Assembly (NCBI GenBank): GCA_003208875.1
Contig: QCUR01000001.1
Coordinates: forward strand, 160,001 to 224,000
Source: Prochlorococcus sp. AG-679-M23
Lineage (GTDB): Bacteria > Cyanobacteriota > Cyanobacteriia > PCC-6307 > Cyanobiaceae
DNA: 64,000 bases
Direction of reading: 5' to 3'
Part shown: one piece after another, positions 1 to 11,166 of the stretch
How positions within the stretch are numbered: the stretch's first letter is position 1
Layout: the number at the start of each line of letters is the position of its first letter
Notes under the pieces: model-generated
What the model saw: only the letters and a program-made list of their open reading frames with translations
Database searches by the model: none
Told to the model about the DNA's origin: nothing
Program-made: the position numbers and the translations under genes

Positions 1-1067
1 GCATCTAAAGCTTCTTTGTCAGTAACAGATCCATATTCTGCTCTTCCTATATCTTTTAAATAACTATGTTCAGGACCTACCCCGGGATAATCAAGACCTG
101 CGCTTATAGAATGCGCTTCTTGTACTTGACCATCCTTATCCTGTAAAAGAAGACTCATTGACCCATGTAAAATTCCTAGAGATCCTTTAGTAATAGTCGC
201 GGCATGTTTTTCAGTATTGACTCCGCTTCCTGCTGCTTCCACTCCAATAAGTCGAACTGATTTTTCTTTTACGAAAGGATGAAAAAGACCCATTGCATTT
301 GATCCTCCACCTACGCAGGCAAGTAAAATATCAGGTAAAGATCCAAATGATTCTAGACATTGTTTTTTAGCTTCTTCTCCTATAACTGCATGAAAATCTC
401 TTACGATCATTGGGAATGGGTGTGGCCCTGCAACTGACCCCAAAATATAATGTGTTGTTTCTACATTTGATACCCAATCCCTGATTGCTTCACTAGTTGC
501 GTCTTTGAGAGTTGCAGTCCCTGAAGTAACAACTTTAACTTCTGCGCCTAAAAGTTTCATCCGAAAGACATTTAATGATTGTCTTTTTATATCTTCTGCC
601 CCCATGTAGATAATGCATTGCAAACCAAATCTCGCGCATACAGTAGCGGTAGCAACCCCGTGTTGCCCAGCCCCTGTTTCTGCAATTATTCTTTGTTTAC
701 CCATTCTTATCGCTAATAAAGCTTGCCCTAGAGCATTATTGATTTTGTGAGCTCCAGTATGATTTAGGTCTTCTCTTTTAAGCCATATCCGGCTGGTAGA
801 TGTTTTTGTTTGGTAATGATCAGTAAGTCTTTTAGCTTCATATAATGGAGTCTCTCTTCCTACATAAGTTTTCAGTAAATGATTTAATTCATTAACAAAT
901 TGTTTATCTTTCCATGCATTAGATGCTGCTTCTTCCAGTTCAAAAAGAGCTGGCATTAGTGTCTCGGGGACATATTGACCTCCATATTTTCCAAATCTCC
1001 CCTCTTTTGAAGGTTGATTTAAATCATCATTATTATTGTGATCCTGACGGGAAATTGTACTTACCAA
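1..1067 (-). CDS. trpB: Tryptophan synthase beta chain (3' end lies beyond the window edge)
   Basis: Not in the ORF track. Manual translation from TTG at 1067: MVSTISRQD...[19 protein letters not shown]...[16 protein letters not shown]...[13 protein letters not shown]...[11 protein letters not shown]. Confidence 0.96.
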   Translation of the reverse strand, partial: MVSTISRQDHNNNDDLNQPSKEGRFGKYGGQYVPETLMPALFELEEAASNAWKDKQFVNELNHLLKTYVGRETPLYEAKRLTDHYQTKTSTSRIWLKREDLNHTGAHKINNALGQALLAIRMGKQRIIAETGAGQHGVATATVCARFGLQCIIYMGAEDIKRQSLNVFRMKLLGAEVKVVTSGTATLKDATSEAIRDWVSNVETTHYILGSVAGPHPFPMIVRDFHAVIGEEAKKQCLESFGSLPDILLACVGGGSNAMGLFHPFVKEKSVRLIGVEAAGSGVNTEKHAATITKGSLGILHGSMSLLLQDKDGQVQEAHSISAGLDYPGVGPEHSYLKDIGRAEYGSVTDKEALD

Positions 1068-1114
1068 TTTTTTATAGTATAAGTATGAACTAACTATAGA
1101 TTATATAAAAAATA

Positions 1115-1426
1115 ATGGGAAAAAAGAATTGGATAGAATTTGAAAATCAGGAAAGTATTTATAAAGAAAACCCTAAAGAAGAGAATTTTAAAAAAATTTC
1201 AAAAATAAATATCTCAAAACAAAAAAAAGGTAAAAAAGGAAAAACTATTACTTTAATAAAAGGTTTAGCTTTTAGAAATGAAAGAGAAATTAAAGAATTG
1301 CTAAAAAAAATGAAAGTATTTTGTGGTACTGGAGGAACTTTGATAGGTGAAGATATTCAATTACAAGGAGATATGGTAGACAAATCAATTGAGTTTCTTC
1401 GCAAAGAAGGAATTCAAAAATTATGA
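1115..1426 (+). CDS. SUI1/YciH-family translation initiation factor
   Basis: KGKKGKTITLIKGL...GTGGT...IQLQGD motifs of SUI1/YciH. Confidence 0.9.
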   Translation: MGKKNWIEFENQESIYKENPKEENFKKISKINISKQKKGKKGKTITLIKGLAFRNEREIKELLKKMKVFCGTGGTLIGEDIQLQGDMVDKSIEFLRKEGIQKL

Positions 1427-1470
1427 GTCAAGAGTTAAGATAGTTTTCTACATACTGAAACATTAAAAAG

Positions 1471-2097
1471 ATGAAAGAACTAAATCAGAAAAATTCAGGG
1501 AAAAATATAAAATGGCACAATTTAACTATTGATAGAAATAAGTTAGAAAGAATGAGAGGACATAAAGGAATGGTAATTTGGTTTACAGGATTATCTGGCT
1601 CTGGTAAAAGTACTTTAGCCAATGCTGTAAATGAGGTTTTACATTTTGATGGGTTATCAACGTATGTACTTGACGGAGATAATATCAGACATGGTTTATG
1701 TAAGGATCTTGGGTTTTCTGATGAAGATAGAGAAGAAAATATAAGAAGAATCGGTGAAGTAGCTAATTTATTTATGAATGCCGGAATCATAACCATTACA
1801 GCATTCGTCTCCCCTTTCATTAGTGATAGAGATAAGGTCAGAAAAATTATTGGATCCAAGGATTTTATTGAAGTATATTGCTCTGCAGATATTGATGTAT
1901 GTGAGAGTAGAGATACTAAAGGTTTATATAAAAAGGCGCGTTTGGGAGAAATTAAAGAATTTACAGGAATATCTAGTCCATATGAGGCTCCTGCAAGTCC
2001 AGAAATAGTTGTTGATACAGGTTCCTTAGATTTAGATAATTCTGTTGAAAAAGTTATTAATTATCTTAGAGAACAGAATTTACTTGAAAGGACTTAA
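1471..2097 (+). CDS. cysC: Adenylylsulfate kinase
   Basis: WFTGLSGSGKST P-loop, LDGDNIRHGL, FTGISSPYE. Confidence 0.97.
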   Translation: MKELNQKNSGKNIKWHNLTIDRNKLERMRGHKGMVIWFTGLSGSGKSTLANAVNEVLHFDGLSTYVLDGDNIRHGLCKDLGFSDEDREENIRRIGEVANLFMNAGIITITAFVSPFISDRDKVRKIIGSKDFIEVYCSADIDVCESRDTKGLYKKARLGEIKEFTGISSPYEAPASPEIVVDTGSLDLDNSVEKVINYLREQNLLERT

Positions 2098-2111
2098 TTA
2101 TAAAAAAGTCT

Positions 2112-2648
2112 TTAGTTAGTTTTTAGGTAATTATCAGCCCCAAGAGCAGACAATTCACTATTTTTAGTTCTTACTTGTGTATGGAGATTATCTCTATATT
2201 TTTTCATTTTTACTCTTAAAGCTTCATTAAATAAACTAAGGATTTGAATTGCTAATAAACCAGCATTCTTTGCACCATTTATGGCCACTGTTGCCACAGG
2301 AACCCCAGCAGGCATTTGAACTATTGATAATAGGGAGTCAATTCCTTTCAGGGTTTTACTCTCCACCGGTACACCTATGACAGGAATGCATGTTAGCGAA
2401 GCTATCATTCCAGGCAGGTGAGCAGCTCCACCAGCTCCTGCGACAATAACTTTTATGTTTTCTGATTCTGCTTTTTTTGCATATTCCATCATTTCAATTG
2501 GTGTTCGATGCGCAGAAAGTATACAAACCTCAGTTTCTATTCCAAATTCACTCAATATATCTATTGCAGGTTTCAAAGTTTTTAGATCTGAATCACTTCC
2601 CATTACTACAGCAATTTTATAAATATTGCTTGAATTCAATTCTGACAA
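2112..2648 (-). CDS. purE: N5-carboxyaminoimidazole ribonucleotide mutase
   Basis: [29 protein letters not shown]. Confidence 0.97.
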   Translation of the reverse strand: MSELNSSNIYKIAVVMGSDSDLKTLKPAIDILSEFGIETEVCILSAHRTPIEMMEYAKKAESENIKVIVAGAGGAAHLPGMIASLTCIPVIGVPVESKTLKGIDSLLSIVQMPAGVPVATVAINGAKNAGLLAIQILSLFNEALRVKMKKYRDNLHTQVRTKNSELSALGADNYLKTN

Positions 2649-2739
2649 AATAACAAATCAATTCTTTTCTTATAATGACGAACAATTACTTGTGCGCTAG
2701 TTAGTTAGTATTAAAAAGACTAATTTTGTATGAATTGTT

Positions 2740-3441
2740 ATGACATCTAATAAAAATCTTGAAAAAAGAGAAGTTAGGGAGTATTTCAATGGGACTGGTT
2801 TTGATCGATGGAGAAAAATTTACAGTAAATCAGAAGAAATCAATACAGTACAGAAAAATATTAGAAAAGGTCATCAAAAGACTGTTGATGATGTCGTTTC
2901 TTTTGTAAAAAATTACCCTGAATTAACAAGTAAGACTTTTTGTGATGCTGGTTGCGGTGTTGGAAGTTTAGCTATTCCTTTACTAAGACTTGGTATAAAA
3001 GATTTACAGGTAAGTGATATATCTTCTGAAATGATTAAAGAAACAAAGAAACGTATCAACGAATTAGGTCTAAGTCAAAGAAGAATTAAATTTTTAACGA
3101 GCGACCTTGAACAGTTAAACGGGTTATTTGACGTTGTCATTTGTTTAGATGTATTTATTCATTACCCGCAACCAGTAGCTGAGGAAATGGTCAGACACCT
3201 ATGTGACTTGAGTAAAGAGAAACTAATAGTAAGTTTTGCTCCCTATACACCAATTTTGGCCGTATTAAAGAATATCGGAAAGTTGTTTCCTGGGCCAAGT
3301 AAAACTACTAGAGCTTATACATTAAGAGAGAAAGGGATCATTAATGCTGCTAATGAAAAAGGTTTTACTGTCGTTCAAAAGAAATTAAATCAAGCTCCAT
3401 TTTATTTTTCCAAATTAATTGAATTTAAGAAAGTTAAATAA
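2740..3441 (+). CDS. chlM: Mg-protoporphyrin IX methyltransferase
   Basis: YFNGTGFDRW..IY, SAM motif DAGCGVG, CLDVFIHYP, FPGPSKTTRAY. Confidence 0.95.
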   Translation: MTSNKNLEKREVREYFNGTGFDRWRKIYSKSEEINTVQKNIRKGHQKTVDDVVSFVKNYPELTSKTFCDAGCGVGSLAIPLLRLGIKDLQVSDISSEMIKETKKRINELGLSQRRIKFLTSDLEQLNGLFDVVICLDVFIHYPQPVAEEMVRHLCDLSKEKLIVSFAPYTPILAVLKNIGKLFPGPSKTTRAYTLREKGIINAANEKGFTVVQKKLNQAPFYFSKLIEFKKVK

Positions 3442-3442
3442 A

Positions 3443-4171
3443 TTATTTTACTAGGTGATTTTCAAGTGCATAACGGACTAATTCGGTTCTGCTAGATGTA
3501 CTTGTTTTAATAAAAAGCCTGCTTACATATTTTTCAACATTTCTAATAGAGGTTTCAAGTTGTCTAGCAATTTCTTTATTCATAAGGCCTTCTGCGACAA
3601 GTTGAAGTACGCTTGCTTCTCTTGGCGTAAAACTTGGAATATCTATAGAATTTTCCTTATTGAGTGGGTTCTGATCTGTAAGCATAGATTTTATCTCATT
3701 GATCTGTTTTGCCATTTTACTAACATCAATATCAGCAAATCGGGCTGCTTCTTTGAGTAGTCGCTCTTGTCTATTGATTACATTTTTAACTCTTGCAGAT
3801 AATTCATCTGGATCAAAGGGTTTAGAAATATAATCATCAATACCTGCAAGATATCCTTGGGTTCTATCTAAAGTCATTCCTTTTGCAGTAAGAAAAATAA
3901 CTGGAGTACCTCCTAGCTTTTCATCTTCTCTTATTTTTTCTAATAAAGCATAACCATTTGATCTCGGCATCATAATATCGCTAATAATTAGGTCTGGGAA
4001 AATTGTTTGAGCTTTTTCCCATCCATCCTCTCCGTCAACAGCAATAAAAATTTCAAATCCTTCATCTTCGAGAAATGTTTTTACAGCTGTTCTTAAACCA
4101 GGCTCATCATCTACCAATAAAATTTTTGATTTTCTAATTGATTCATTATTTATTTGATTCGTATCATTCAT
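3443..4171 (-). CDS. NarL/LuxR-family response regulator (Rre1/Ycf29-like)
   Basis: Receiver domain (LLVDDE, DIMMP, KPF) plus LuxR HTH (TPREASVLQLVAEGLMNKEIA...RNVEKYVSRL). Confidence 0.9.
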   Translation of the reverse strand: MNDTNQINNESIRKSKILLVDDEPGLRTAVKTFLEDEGFEIFIAVDGEDGWEKAQTIFPDLIISDIMMPRSNGYALLEKIREDEKLGGTPVIFLTAKGMTLDRTQGYLAGIDDYISKPFDPDELSARVKNVINRQERLLKEAARFADIDVSKMAKQINEIKSMLTDQNPLNKENSIDIPSFTPREASVLQLVAEGLMNKEIARQLETSIRNVEKYVSRLFIKTSTSSRTELVRYALENHLVK

Positions 4172-4226
4172 TTTTTAATTTTGAATTAAATTTTCTTTAG
4201 CCTGATAATAATTTTATATACTAAGT

Positions 4227-5375
4227 ATGATGCTTTCAACTCCCATACTACTAGATTATCAATCCTCAACCCCTTGTTTGAAGGATGTTGTAAATTCTAT
4301 GACACCTTATTGGAGTAAAATATTCTCTAATCCCTCTAGTAAATCAAATTTAGCAGGCATTAATGCAAGTGCCATATTAGAAGTCTCAAGAGAAAAAATA
4401 CAAGAATATTTATTCCTAAAAAAAAAGAAAGTAATTTTTACTAGTGGAGCAACAGAATCTAATAATTTAGCTTTGCTAGGTTTTGCAAGGAAACATTATA
4501 AAGAAACCAAAAATTATGGTCATATTATTACTCTAAAAACTGAGCATAAAGCTGTATTAGAGCCACTAAATCAATTAAGAAAAGAGGGATTTCATGTTAC
4601 TGAAATTAGTCCAGAAAAAGATGGTTTAGTTTCAGAAGAAAAATTTGTTAGCACTATCAGAGATGATACATTTTTGGTGAGTATCATGATGGCAAATAAC
4701 GAAATAGGAGTAATTCAGCCTTTGAAGGAAATTTCAGAAATATGCAGTTCAAGGGATATAGTTCTTCATTCTGATTATGCACAATGTTTAGGTTTTCTGG
4801 AGTTTGATAGCCTTGACTCGGTAGCAAATATGTTAACAATAAGCTCCCATAAAATATATGGTCCTAAAGGGGTAGGAATACTTTTGATTGATAGAGATAT
4901 TGAGCTGCAGCCTTTAGTTTTAGGAGGAGGTCAAGAATTTGGTTTAAGATCAGGAACATTGCCATTACCTTTGATAGTTGGATTTACTAAAGCAATAGAA
5001 ATAGCTGTTTTAAATCAAAAAAAGAATATTCAGAAATTTCTTTTACATAGAGATAAGCTTTTGAAAGGATTATTAGGTAATAATTCTGGAGTGGAAATAA
5101 ATGGGTCAATGAAAAAAAGATTACCTCATAATTTGAATCTGACAGTAATTGATGTTAATGGTTCAAAATTGCATAAAAGTTTGAAATCTAAAATAATCTG
5201 TTCTAGTGGTTCAGCGTGTAGTAATGGTGAGCCCTCGCACGTATTACTCGCTCTAGGAAGATCTTTTAAAGAAGCAGAGGCTTCATTAAGATTAAGTATT
5301 GGTTTGATGACTACTGCAGAAGATATAGAAAAATCAATTGAGATAATTACAGATTCTATTAAATTATTACGCTGA
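4227..5375 (+). CDS. Cysteine desulfurase, group I (NifS/IscS-like)
   Basis: FTSGATESNN, SSHKIYGPKG (PLP lysine), SSGSAC (catalytic Cys). Confidence 0.93.
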   Translation: MMLSTPILLDYQSSTPCLKDVVNSMTPYWSKIFSNPSSKSNLAGINASAILEVSREKIQEYLFLKKKKVIFTSGATESNNLALLGFARKHYKETKNYGHIITLKTEHKAVLEPLNQLRKEGFHVTEISPEKDGLVSEEKFVSTIRDDTFLVSIMMANNEIGVIQPLKEISEICSSRDIVLHSDYAQCLGFLEFDSLDSVANMLTISSHKIYGPKGVGILLIDRDIELQPLVLGGGQEFGLRSGTLPLPLIVGFTKAIEIAVLNQKKNIQKFLLHRDKLLKGLLGNNSGVEINGSMKKRLPHNLNLTVIDVNGSKLHKSLKSKIICSSGSACSNGEPSHVLLALGRSFKEAEASLRLSIGLMTTAEDIEKSIEIITDSIKLLR

Positions 5376-5383
5376 GATTTTAA

Positions 5384-6286
5384 TTATTTTAATTGAGCAA
5401 TTCTTAATTTTGCGCTTCGAGATCTTTTATTATTTTCAATTTCTTTTACATTTGGTGTAATTGGTTTCTTTGTGAGATTTTTTAATCTTTCATCACCCTT
5501 AAAAGAGTTTTTCACTAGGCGATCTTCTATTGAATGAAAGCTAATAATTGAAATTATTCCCCCAGGTAATAGCCAATCTGGAGAAATCTCTAAAAATCTA
5601 TCTAGTGCTTCTATTTCTTTATTTACAGCAATTCTTAGTGCCTGGAATGTTCTAGTTGCAGGATGAATTTTTCGATATCTTTGTTTGGGTGGGAAACAAC
5701 CAGCAATAGAATAGGCTAAATCTTTTGTACCCGAATATTTGCCTTTTTCTTTTAAATCTTTTTTGATTCTCCTAGAAATCTTTCGTGATAATCTTTCATC
5801 ACCAAATTTAAAAATTAAATCAGCCAGATCTTTTTCACTTAAAGTCTCAATTAAGTTCTCTGCATTCATCTCAAGCAAAGGGTTCATTCTCATATCTAAA
5901 GGCCCATCTTTTTGAAAACTAAATCCTCTTTGTGGGTTATCTATTTGATTACTATTGACTCCAAGATCTGCTATAACAAAAGAAACTTTTTCTTTTGGCT
6001 CAAAGGTAGCAAAATTTGAGGAACGTATTTCAATCCTCGATTTAAATTCTTCAAGATTAATAAATGCTGACTTCCTTGCGAATGGATCTTGATCTAGTCC
6101 AATTATTTTTAAATCAGGATATTTTTTTAATAATTGATATGAGTGTCCACCACCACCTAAAGTTGCATCTATCGCTGTTAGTTTATTGTCTGATATTAAT
6201 GGATATTGATCTACAGAAACTAAAATTTCATCTGTCATTACTGACTTATGATTGAATAAAGATGAATCAGAAAGGTCAGTTTGCAT
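5384..6286 (-). CDS. rsmH: 16S rRNA m4C1402 methyltransferase
   Basis: DATLGGGGHS, RGFSFQKDGPLDMRM, HPATRTFQALRIAVN, ISFHSIEDR, RSRSAKLR. Confidence 0.96.
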   Translation of the reverse strand: MQTDLSDSSLFNHKSVMTDEILVSVDQYPLISDNKLTAIDATLGGGGHSYQLLKKYPDLKIIGLDQDPFARKSAFINLEEFKSRIEIRSSNFATFEPKEKVSFVIADLGVNSNQIDNPQRGFSFQKDGPLDMRMNPLLEMNAENLIETLSEKDLADLIFKFGDERLSRKISRRIKKDLKEKGKYSGTKDLAYSIAGCFPPKQRYRKIHPATRTFQALRIAVNKEIEALDRFLEISPDWLLPGGIISIISFHSIEDRLVKNSFKGDERLKNLTKKPITPNVKEIENNKRSRSAKLRIAQLK

Positions 6287-6324
6287 AACTTTCTACTAAG
6301 ATTTAAATAGAGGTTAAATTATTA

Positions 6325-7512
6325 ATGGCTCAACTAGAGACTAGAACAGAACCAATGGTGGTCAACTTTGGACCTCATCATCCATCTATGCATGGAGTTT
6401 TGAGGTTAGTTGTAACCCTTGATGGCGAGAATGTAATAGATTGTGAGCCCGTAATTGGATATTTGCATAGAGGAATGGAAAAGATAGCTGAAAACAGGAC
6501 AAACGTCATGTACGTACCTTATGTAAGCAGAATGGATTATGCCGCCGGAATGTTTTATGAAGCAATTGTAGTAAATGCACCAGAAAGATTGGCGAATATT
6601 GTTGTACCCAAAAGAGCCAGTTATATAAGAGTTCTAATGTTGGAGCTTAATAGAATTGCGAATCATCTTTTATGGCTAGGTCCATTTTTAGCAGATGTAG
6701 GAGCTCAGACCCCATTCTTTTATATCTTTAGAGAAAGAGAAATGATTTATGACCTTTGGGAAGCTGCTACTGGACAAAGATTGATAAATAATAATTTTTT
6801 TAGAATAGGAGGTGTGGCTTGTGATTTGCCTTATGGATGGTTAGAAAAATGCATTGATTTTTGTGATTGGTTTGCTCCAAAGATCGATGAATATGAAAAA
6901 TTAATTACAAATAATCCTATATTCAAAAAAAGAATTGAAGGTCTCGGAACCATAGAAAGAGATCAAGCAATTAATTGGTCACTTTCTGGACCAATGCTTA
7001 GGGCCTCTGGAGTCTCTTGGGATTTGAGAAAAGTCGATAGTTATGAATGTTATGACGATTTTGAATGGGAAATTGCTTCAGAAAAAGAAGGTGATTGTTA
7101 TGCCAGATATCGAGTAAGAGTTCAAGAAATGAGACAATCATTAAAAATTATTCGTCAAGCCTGCGAAATGATTCCTGGAGGCCCAACAGAAAATTTAGAA
7201 GCTAAACGTATGACTACAGAGGATAAAAAAAGTGAAATATTTGGTATGGATTATCAATATGTAGCTAAGAAAGTTGCGCCAACTTTTAAGATTCCTAATG
7301 GAGAATTATATACAAGATTAGAATCTGGTAAAGGTGAAATAGGAGTTTTTATTCAAGGCAATAATGAAGTTACACCATGGAGATTTAAAATTAGAGCTGC
7401 TGATTTAAATAATCTTCAAATATTGCCTCATATTCTAAAGGGAGCAAAGATAGCTGATATTATGGCAATCCTTGGCTCAATAGACGTCATTATGGGTTCT
7501 GTAGACAGGTAA
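6325..7512 (+). CDS. ndhH: NAD(P)H-quinone oxidoreductase (NDH-1) subunit H
   Basis: [25 protein letters not shown]-terminal [12 protein letters not shown]. Confidence 0.98.
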   Translation: MAQLETRTEPMVVNFGPHHPSMHGVLRLVVTLDGENVIDCEPVIGYLHRGMEKIAENRTNVMYVPYVSRMDYAAGMFYEAIVVNAPERLANIVVPKRASYIRVLMLELNRIANHLLWLGPFLADVGAQTPFFYIFREREMIYDLWEAATGQRLINNNFFRIGGVACDLPYGWLEKCIDFCDWFAPKIDEYEKLITNNPIFKKRIEGLGTIERDQAINWSLSGPMLRASGVSWDLRKVDSYECYDDFEWEIASEKEGDCYARYRVRVQEMRQSLKIIRQACEMIPGGPTENLEAKRMTTEDKKSEIFGMDYQYVAKKVAPTFKIPNGELYTRLESGKGEIGVFIQGNNEVTPWRFKIRAADLNNLQILPHILKGAKIADIMAILGSIDVIMGSVDR

Positions 7513-7520
7513 ACCTTTTA

Positions 7521-7973
7521 ATGAAACCTAAAAATTGGTTGATTTTAAAAAGGAAAGTAAGGTTTGGTGATTGTGACTCTGCAGGAGTGATACATTTTCA
7601 CAACCTTTTAAGATGGTGTCATGAAAGTTGGGAAGAAAGTATAGACATATATGGTATTCCTCATCAGGATATTTTTCCAAATGCTAATTCCCATAAAAAT
7701 CAGATTATATGTCCCATAGTTAATTGCGAAGCTAATTTTTTGTCACCTATTAAGATCGGCGATTTACTTGCAATTAAGATAATCCCCAAAAAAATTAATA
7801 GTCACTTATTTCAAGTTAATACATTTTTTTTAAAGGATGAAATTAATGTCGCTGAAGGAAAAATTATCCATTGTTCTTTAGATGTTAATTCAAAATTGAA
7901 AGTTAAATTACCTGATCAACTGGAGAGGTGGATAGAAGCTTCCAATATAAATACAGATTTAAAAGAGTGTTAA
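7521..7973 (+). CDS. Hotdog-fold thioesterase, probable 1,4-dihydroxy-2-naphthoyl-CoA hydrolase
   Basis: [16 protein letters not shown] 4HBT-type motif; adjacent to menE-menC-menA-menF. Confidence 0.82.
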   Translation: MKPKNWLILKRKVRFGDCDSAGVIHFHNLLRWCHESWEESIDIYGIPHQDIFPNANSHKNQIICPIVNCEANFLSPIKIGDLLAIKIIPKKINSHLFQVNTFFLKDEINVAEGKIIHCSLDVNSKLKVKLPDQLERWIEASNINTDLKEC

Positions 7974-7986
7974 TTATCATGAGTTA

Positions 7987-9192
7987 CTATTTTTCAAATA
8001 TGAAATTTGATTTTTCAATATAATTTGATTGATTCTTACCAATAATCCAGGTCTCAGGTCTCTCATGTTTTGGCCAATTTATAGAAAAGTTTTTTAATAG
8101 TTTTAATGAATATTCAATATCTTTTTTACAAGTTTCTTTTTTAAAATCAATGTTGATCTCAATTTTATTTCCCCATTCTTTATTAGGTATTTTTGAAATC
8201 ATAAAATTTTCTATTGGAATTTGTTTATTTGAGATAAATTTACTTAATCGTAATTTAATTACTTCTGGAAAAACTATTTCACCTCCAGAATTAAAAGCAT
8301 TATCTATTCTGCTAATAAATTTCAAATAATAAGAATCATTCAATTCTTGGATTTCTCCCAAATCACTGCTTTCCCACCAACCATTTTTATCTTTGAAATT
8401 TTTAGTTTTTGAAGGTTCAAGAAATTCAATTCCTATTCTTTCTGATTTGATTTGGATTAAACCCTTTTTACTAATTCTTAAATTTATATCACATAGTATT
8501 TCTCCAACATTATCTATCCCTTCTAAAAATTCTTTAGGTTTTAAGCTTGTAACCATGGCAGCAGTTTCAGTAGATCCGTAACAGGGTGCTAAATTTATTT
8601 TTTCTAGTCTGCACTTGCGAGAAGTTTCACTAGATATAGATGCACCACCAATCCAAATTAAATCAAAAATCTTTAACCAATTAATCCCATCTTTTTCAGA
8701 TAAAAGTCTTTTTAATTGTGTTGGAACTAATGATGTTATAAGATGTTGATTTTCTTTTTTTATCTCATTAGTCAAGGCTAATAATTCCTCGGTTTTTTTA
8801 ATTAATTTAGGAGAAATATTAATATGCTCACAACTCCATATTTTGCTTCTAAATAGTGGCATTAATCCACTTATATGATTCAAAGGTAAAGTATTAAAAA
8901 TTAAACAGTTTTGTAATTTAAATCCTTGCTTTTCAAGCCAAATTCCAGATGCCTTAGCAGACGAATTAAGATTTTCTAAACTATGTATGCATTTTTTAGG
9001 CTTTCCACTACTGCCACTACTATTTAAGATAATTGCAGGTCCTGTTATATCAATAGTCTTTAATATTTCGTCAGTTTTATAAGATTTATTTTTTATATAG
9101 GTAATTTTTTTATCTTTAATATTTTCAAGAATTTTTTTTATAGATTCTTTTTCATTATTTTCAACTTCAATAATATGAATTTTATTTTTCAT
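7987..9192 (-). CDS. menE: O-succinylbenzoate-CoA ligase
   Basis: AMP-binding motifs SSGSSGKPK, YGSTETA, SGGE; men context. Start placed at ATG 9192, which overlaps the menC stop (ATGA), rather than 9204. Confidence 0.85.
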   Translation of the reverse strand: MKNKIHIIEVENNEKESIKKILENIKDKKITYIKNKSYKTDEILKTIDITGPAIILNSSGSSGKPKKCIHSLENLNSSAKASGIWLEKQGFKLQNCLIFNTLPLNHISGLMPLFRSKIWSCEHINISPKLIKKTEELLALTNEIKKENQHLITSLVPTQLKRLLSEKDGINWLKIFDLIWIGGASISSETSRKCRLEKINLAPCYGSTETAAMVTSLKPKEFLEGIDNVGEILCDINLRISKKGLIQIKSERIGIEFLEPSKTKNFKDKNGWWESSDLGEIQELNDSYYLKFISRIDNAFNSGGEIVFPEVIKLRLSKFISNKQIPIENFMISKIPNKEWGNKIEINIDFKKETCKKDIEYSLKLLKNFSINWPKHERPETWIIGKNQSNYIEKSNFIFEK

Positions 9193-10154
9193 AATTGATC
9201 CCATATCTTTTGAGCATCATTTAGGAAAAGAAAAGAATTAGGATTTTTTTTCAAAGCTAATCCAGGAACTTTGGGAGTTAGTCCCAATAGCTGTAGAGAG
9301 GATAAATGAAAAAGCCATCTTCTGCCTATTCCTGTCTCAAAAGAAGTGCTTAAGGATCTAAAACCTTTTTTATCTTTTAACTCTTTTAAAAGATGCATAG
9401 GATTTCTCTCTTGAGAAGGTCTTCGAATTTGCCAACCATCCCATTCATTAATCAAATATGGATATTCTAATAGTGATTCATCTAAAGCAATTGGCATCTT
9501 TTTATTAAGTTCTCTTAAACCCTCTATATCATCTTTAGAAAGAGGCTGTTCTAGCCAATCTATATTTTCAATATCTTTCAAAATATCAACCCATCTATTA
9601 GCTATTTCTCTTTTCCAAGAACCATTCGCATCAATTCTTAATTTTATATTACTTCTTAAATGATTTAGTATCTCTTTTAGAGTTTTTTCTTCGGAGGAAT
9701 TATCTTGTATGCCTACTTTCCATTTAATAGTCAGAGATTTCTCATTCAAAAGTTTATTGCTTTTTAATATTATTAATTCTTTAAGAGCGTTATGAGGATC
9801 TAAAAGTATAGCTGTTTGATCAATTTCATTAAAGTAATAATTTTCCTTAAAATTTATTTTTCTTTCAATTTCAGCTAATGCAGAGTTTATAGCTGATTGA
9901 ATGCAAGGGTGAAAATTCTTTATTAAATCAGATAAAGTTTTTGAATTTACGTATTTGGGAACCTGATTTAATTGTATTTGACATGCATCTAAATCTTTTT
10001 TTCTTAGAGGATTTACTTCTCCAAAACCAACTCCCTTTTCCATATTTTTTAATTTAATTATCCACCCAGATTTATATTCATATGTTGTATTTGAATTATC
10101 CACTTTCGAAGATAATTTAAAGAAAAACGATTTTTTTTTAAAAGTTAAGTTCAT
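9189..10154 (-). CDS. menC: O-succinylbenzoate synthase
   Basis: Enolase-superfamily motifs KWKVG, RIDANG, EQP, ALDESL; men context. Confidence 0.88.
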   Translation of the reverse strand: MNLTFKKKSFFFKLSSKVDNSNTTYEYKSGWIIKLKNMEKGVGFGEVNPLRKKDLDACQIQLNQVPKYVNSKTLSDLIKNFHPCIQSAINSALAEIERKINFKENYYFNEIDQTAILLDPHNALKELIILKSNKLLNEKSLTIKWKVGIQDNSSEEKTLKEILNHLRSNIKLRIDANGSWKREIANRWVDILKDIENIDWLEQPLSKDDIEGLRELNKKMPIALDESLLEYPYLINEWDGWQIRRPSQERNPMHLLKELKDKKGFRSLSTSFETGIGRRWLFHLSSLQLLGLTPKVPGLALKKNPNSFLFLNDAQKIWDQL

Positions 10155-11068
10155 TTATAAAGCAGGTAATCTATTATAAATCCTGCTATTAATCCAATTC
10201 CATTTAGCGTTTGAAATTTGATAGCAATAAATTTACAATTTTTTATTACTTCAGGTTTGTTATATGAATATTTCAATAAAGTTATAAGCTTTAATGATTG
10301 AGGAAAACTTATAAGAAAAAGAACACAAAGTATCGGAATAAATCCATTAATTATTATAAAAAGTTGGAAAACATAAATTATAAAAACTGTCCAAGGAATA
10401 ATCTTAGCTCCTTTTTTCGCTCCTAGTCTAACTAAAGGTGAATTTTTACCATGTTCTTTATCTTCTTTGATCTGATGAAAATGAGAGCAAAATAGTACTA
10501 GTGTGGTTGCCAATGAAGATCCTGAACCAAGTAATAATGACTCTTTCCAAGGAATAGAAATCATGTATATATCTGAGGGATTTAATGCTATTAAAGCAGC
10601 GGCGTAAGCTAAGGGGCCAAAAGCTAACCAACATAATGGTTCTCCTAAACCCTGGTAGCCTAAACGGAAAGGCGGTCCTTGATATAAATATCCTAAGAAG
10701 CAGCAAGCGCCGACTAATAGCATTACATTTATGCTGGTCGTAATTGAAATGATGGCAATTACAAATAATCCAATCAATAGAGATGCATAAGCGGTAATTG
10801 AAACTATTGTTTTACTTTGTACAAGATTTACAATGGAATGAAATTTAAATTCATCAATTCCTGTTTCTGAATCAAATAAATCATTAGTTAGATTTTCCCA
10901 AATTAGTATTAATATTGCAGCGATTGTGAATGCAATTAAATTAGATATTTTGATATTTTCGAAAGAGTTTAGCGTATAAGCTCCTGAAATAAAAACTGGT
11001 AAAATTGCTACTGAATAAAGAGGCCATTTTATTGCTTGTTTCCATAAACTTTTATTTCTTTCATTCAT
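10151..11068 (-). CDS. menA: DHNA phytyltransferase (UbiA family)
   Basis: AIKWPLYSVA, NLTNDLFD, YQGPPFRLGY, DKEHGK; multiple TM segments. Confidence 0.92.
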   Translation of the reverse strand: MNERNKSLWKQAIKWPLYSVAILPVFISGAYTLNSFENIKISNLIAFTIAAILILIWENLTNDLFDSETGIDEFKFHSIVNLVQSKTIVSITAYASLLIGLFVIAIISITTSINVMLLVGACCFLGYLYQGPPFRLGYQGLGEPLCWLAFGPLAYAAALIALNPSDIYMISIPWKESLLLGSGSSLATTLVLFCSHFHQIKEDKEHGKNSPLVRLGAKKGAKIIPWTVFIIYVFQLFIIINGFIPILCVLFLISFPQSLKLITLLKYSYNKPEVIKNCKFIAIKFQTLNGIGLIAGFIIDYLLYK

Positions 11069-11166
11069 TATTAATGCAGGTAAGAAAAACTATAATTATT
11101 AAATATAGTTTATAAATTGAGTTACATTTTTTACTTTAATGCATGATTTTTAGTTATTTTCAATAA

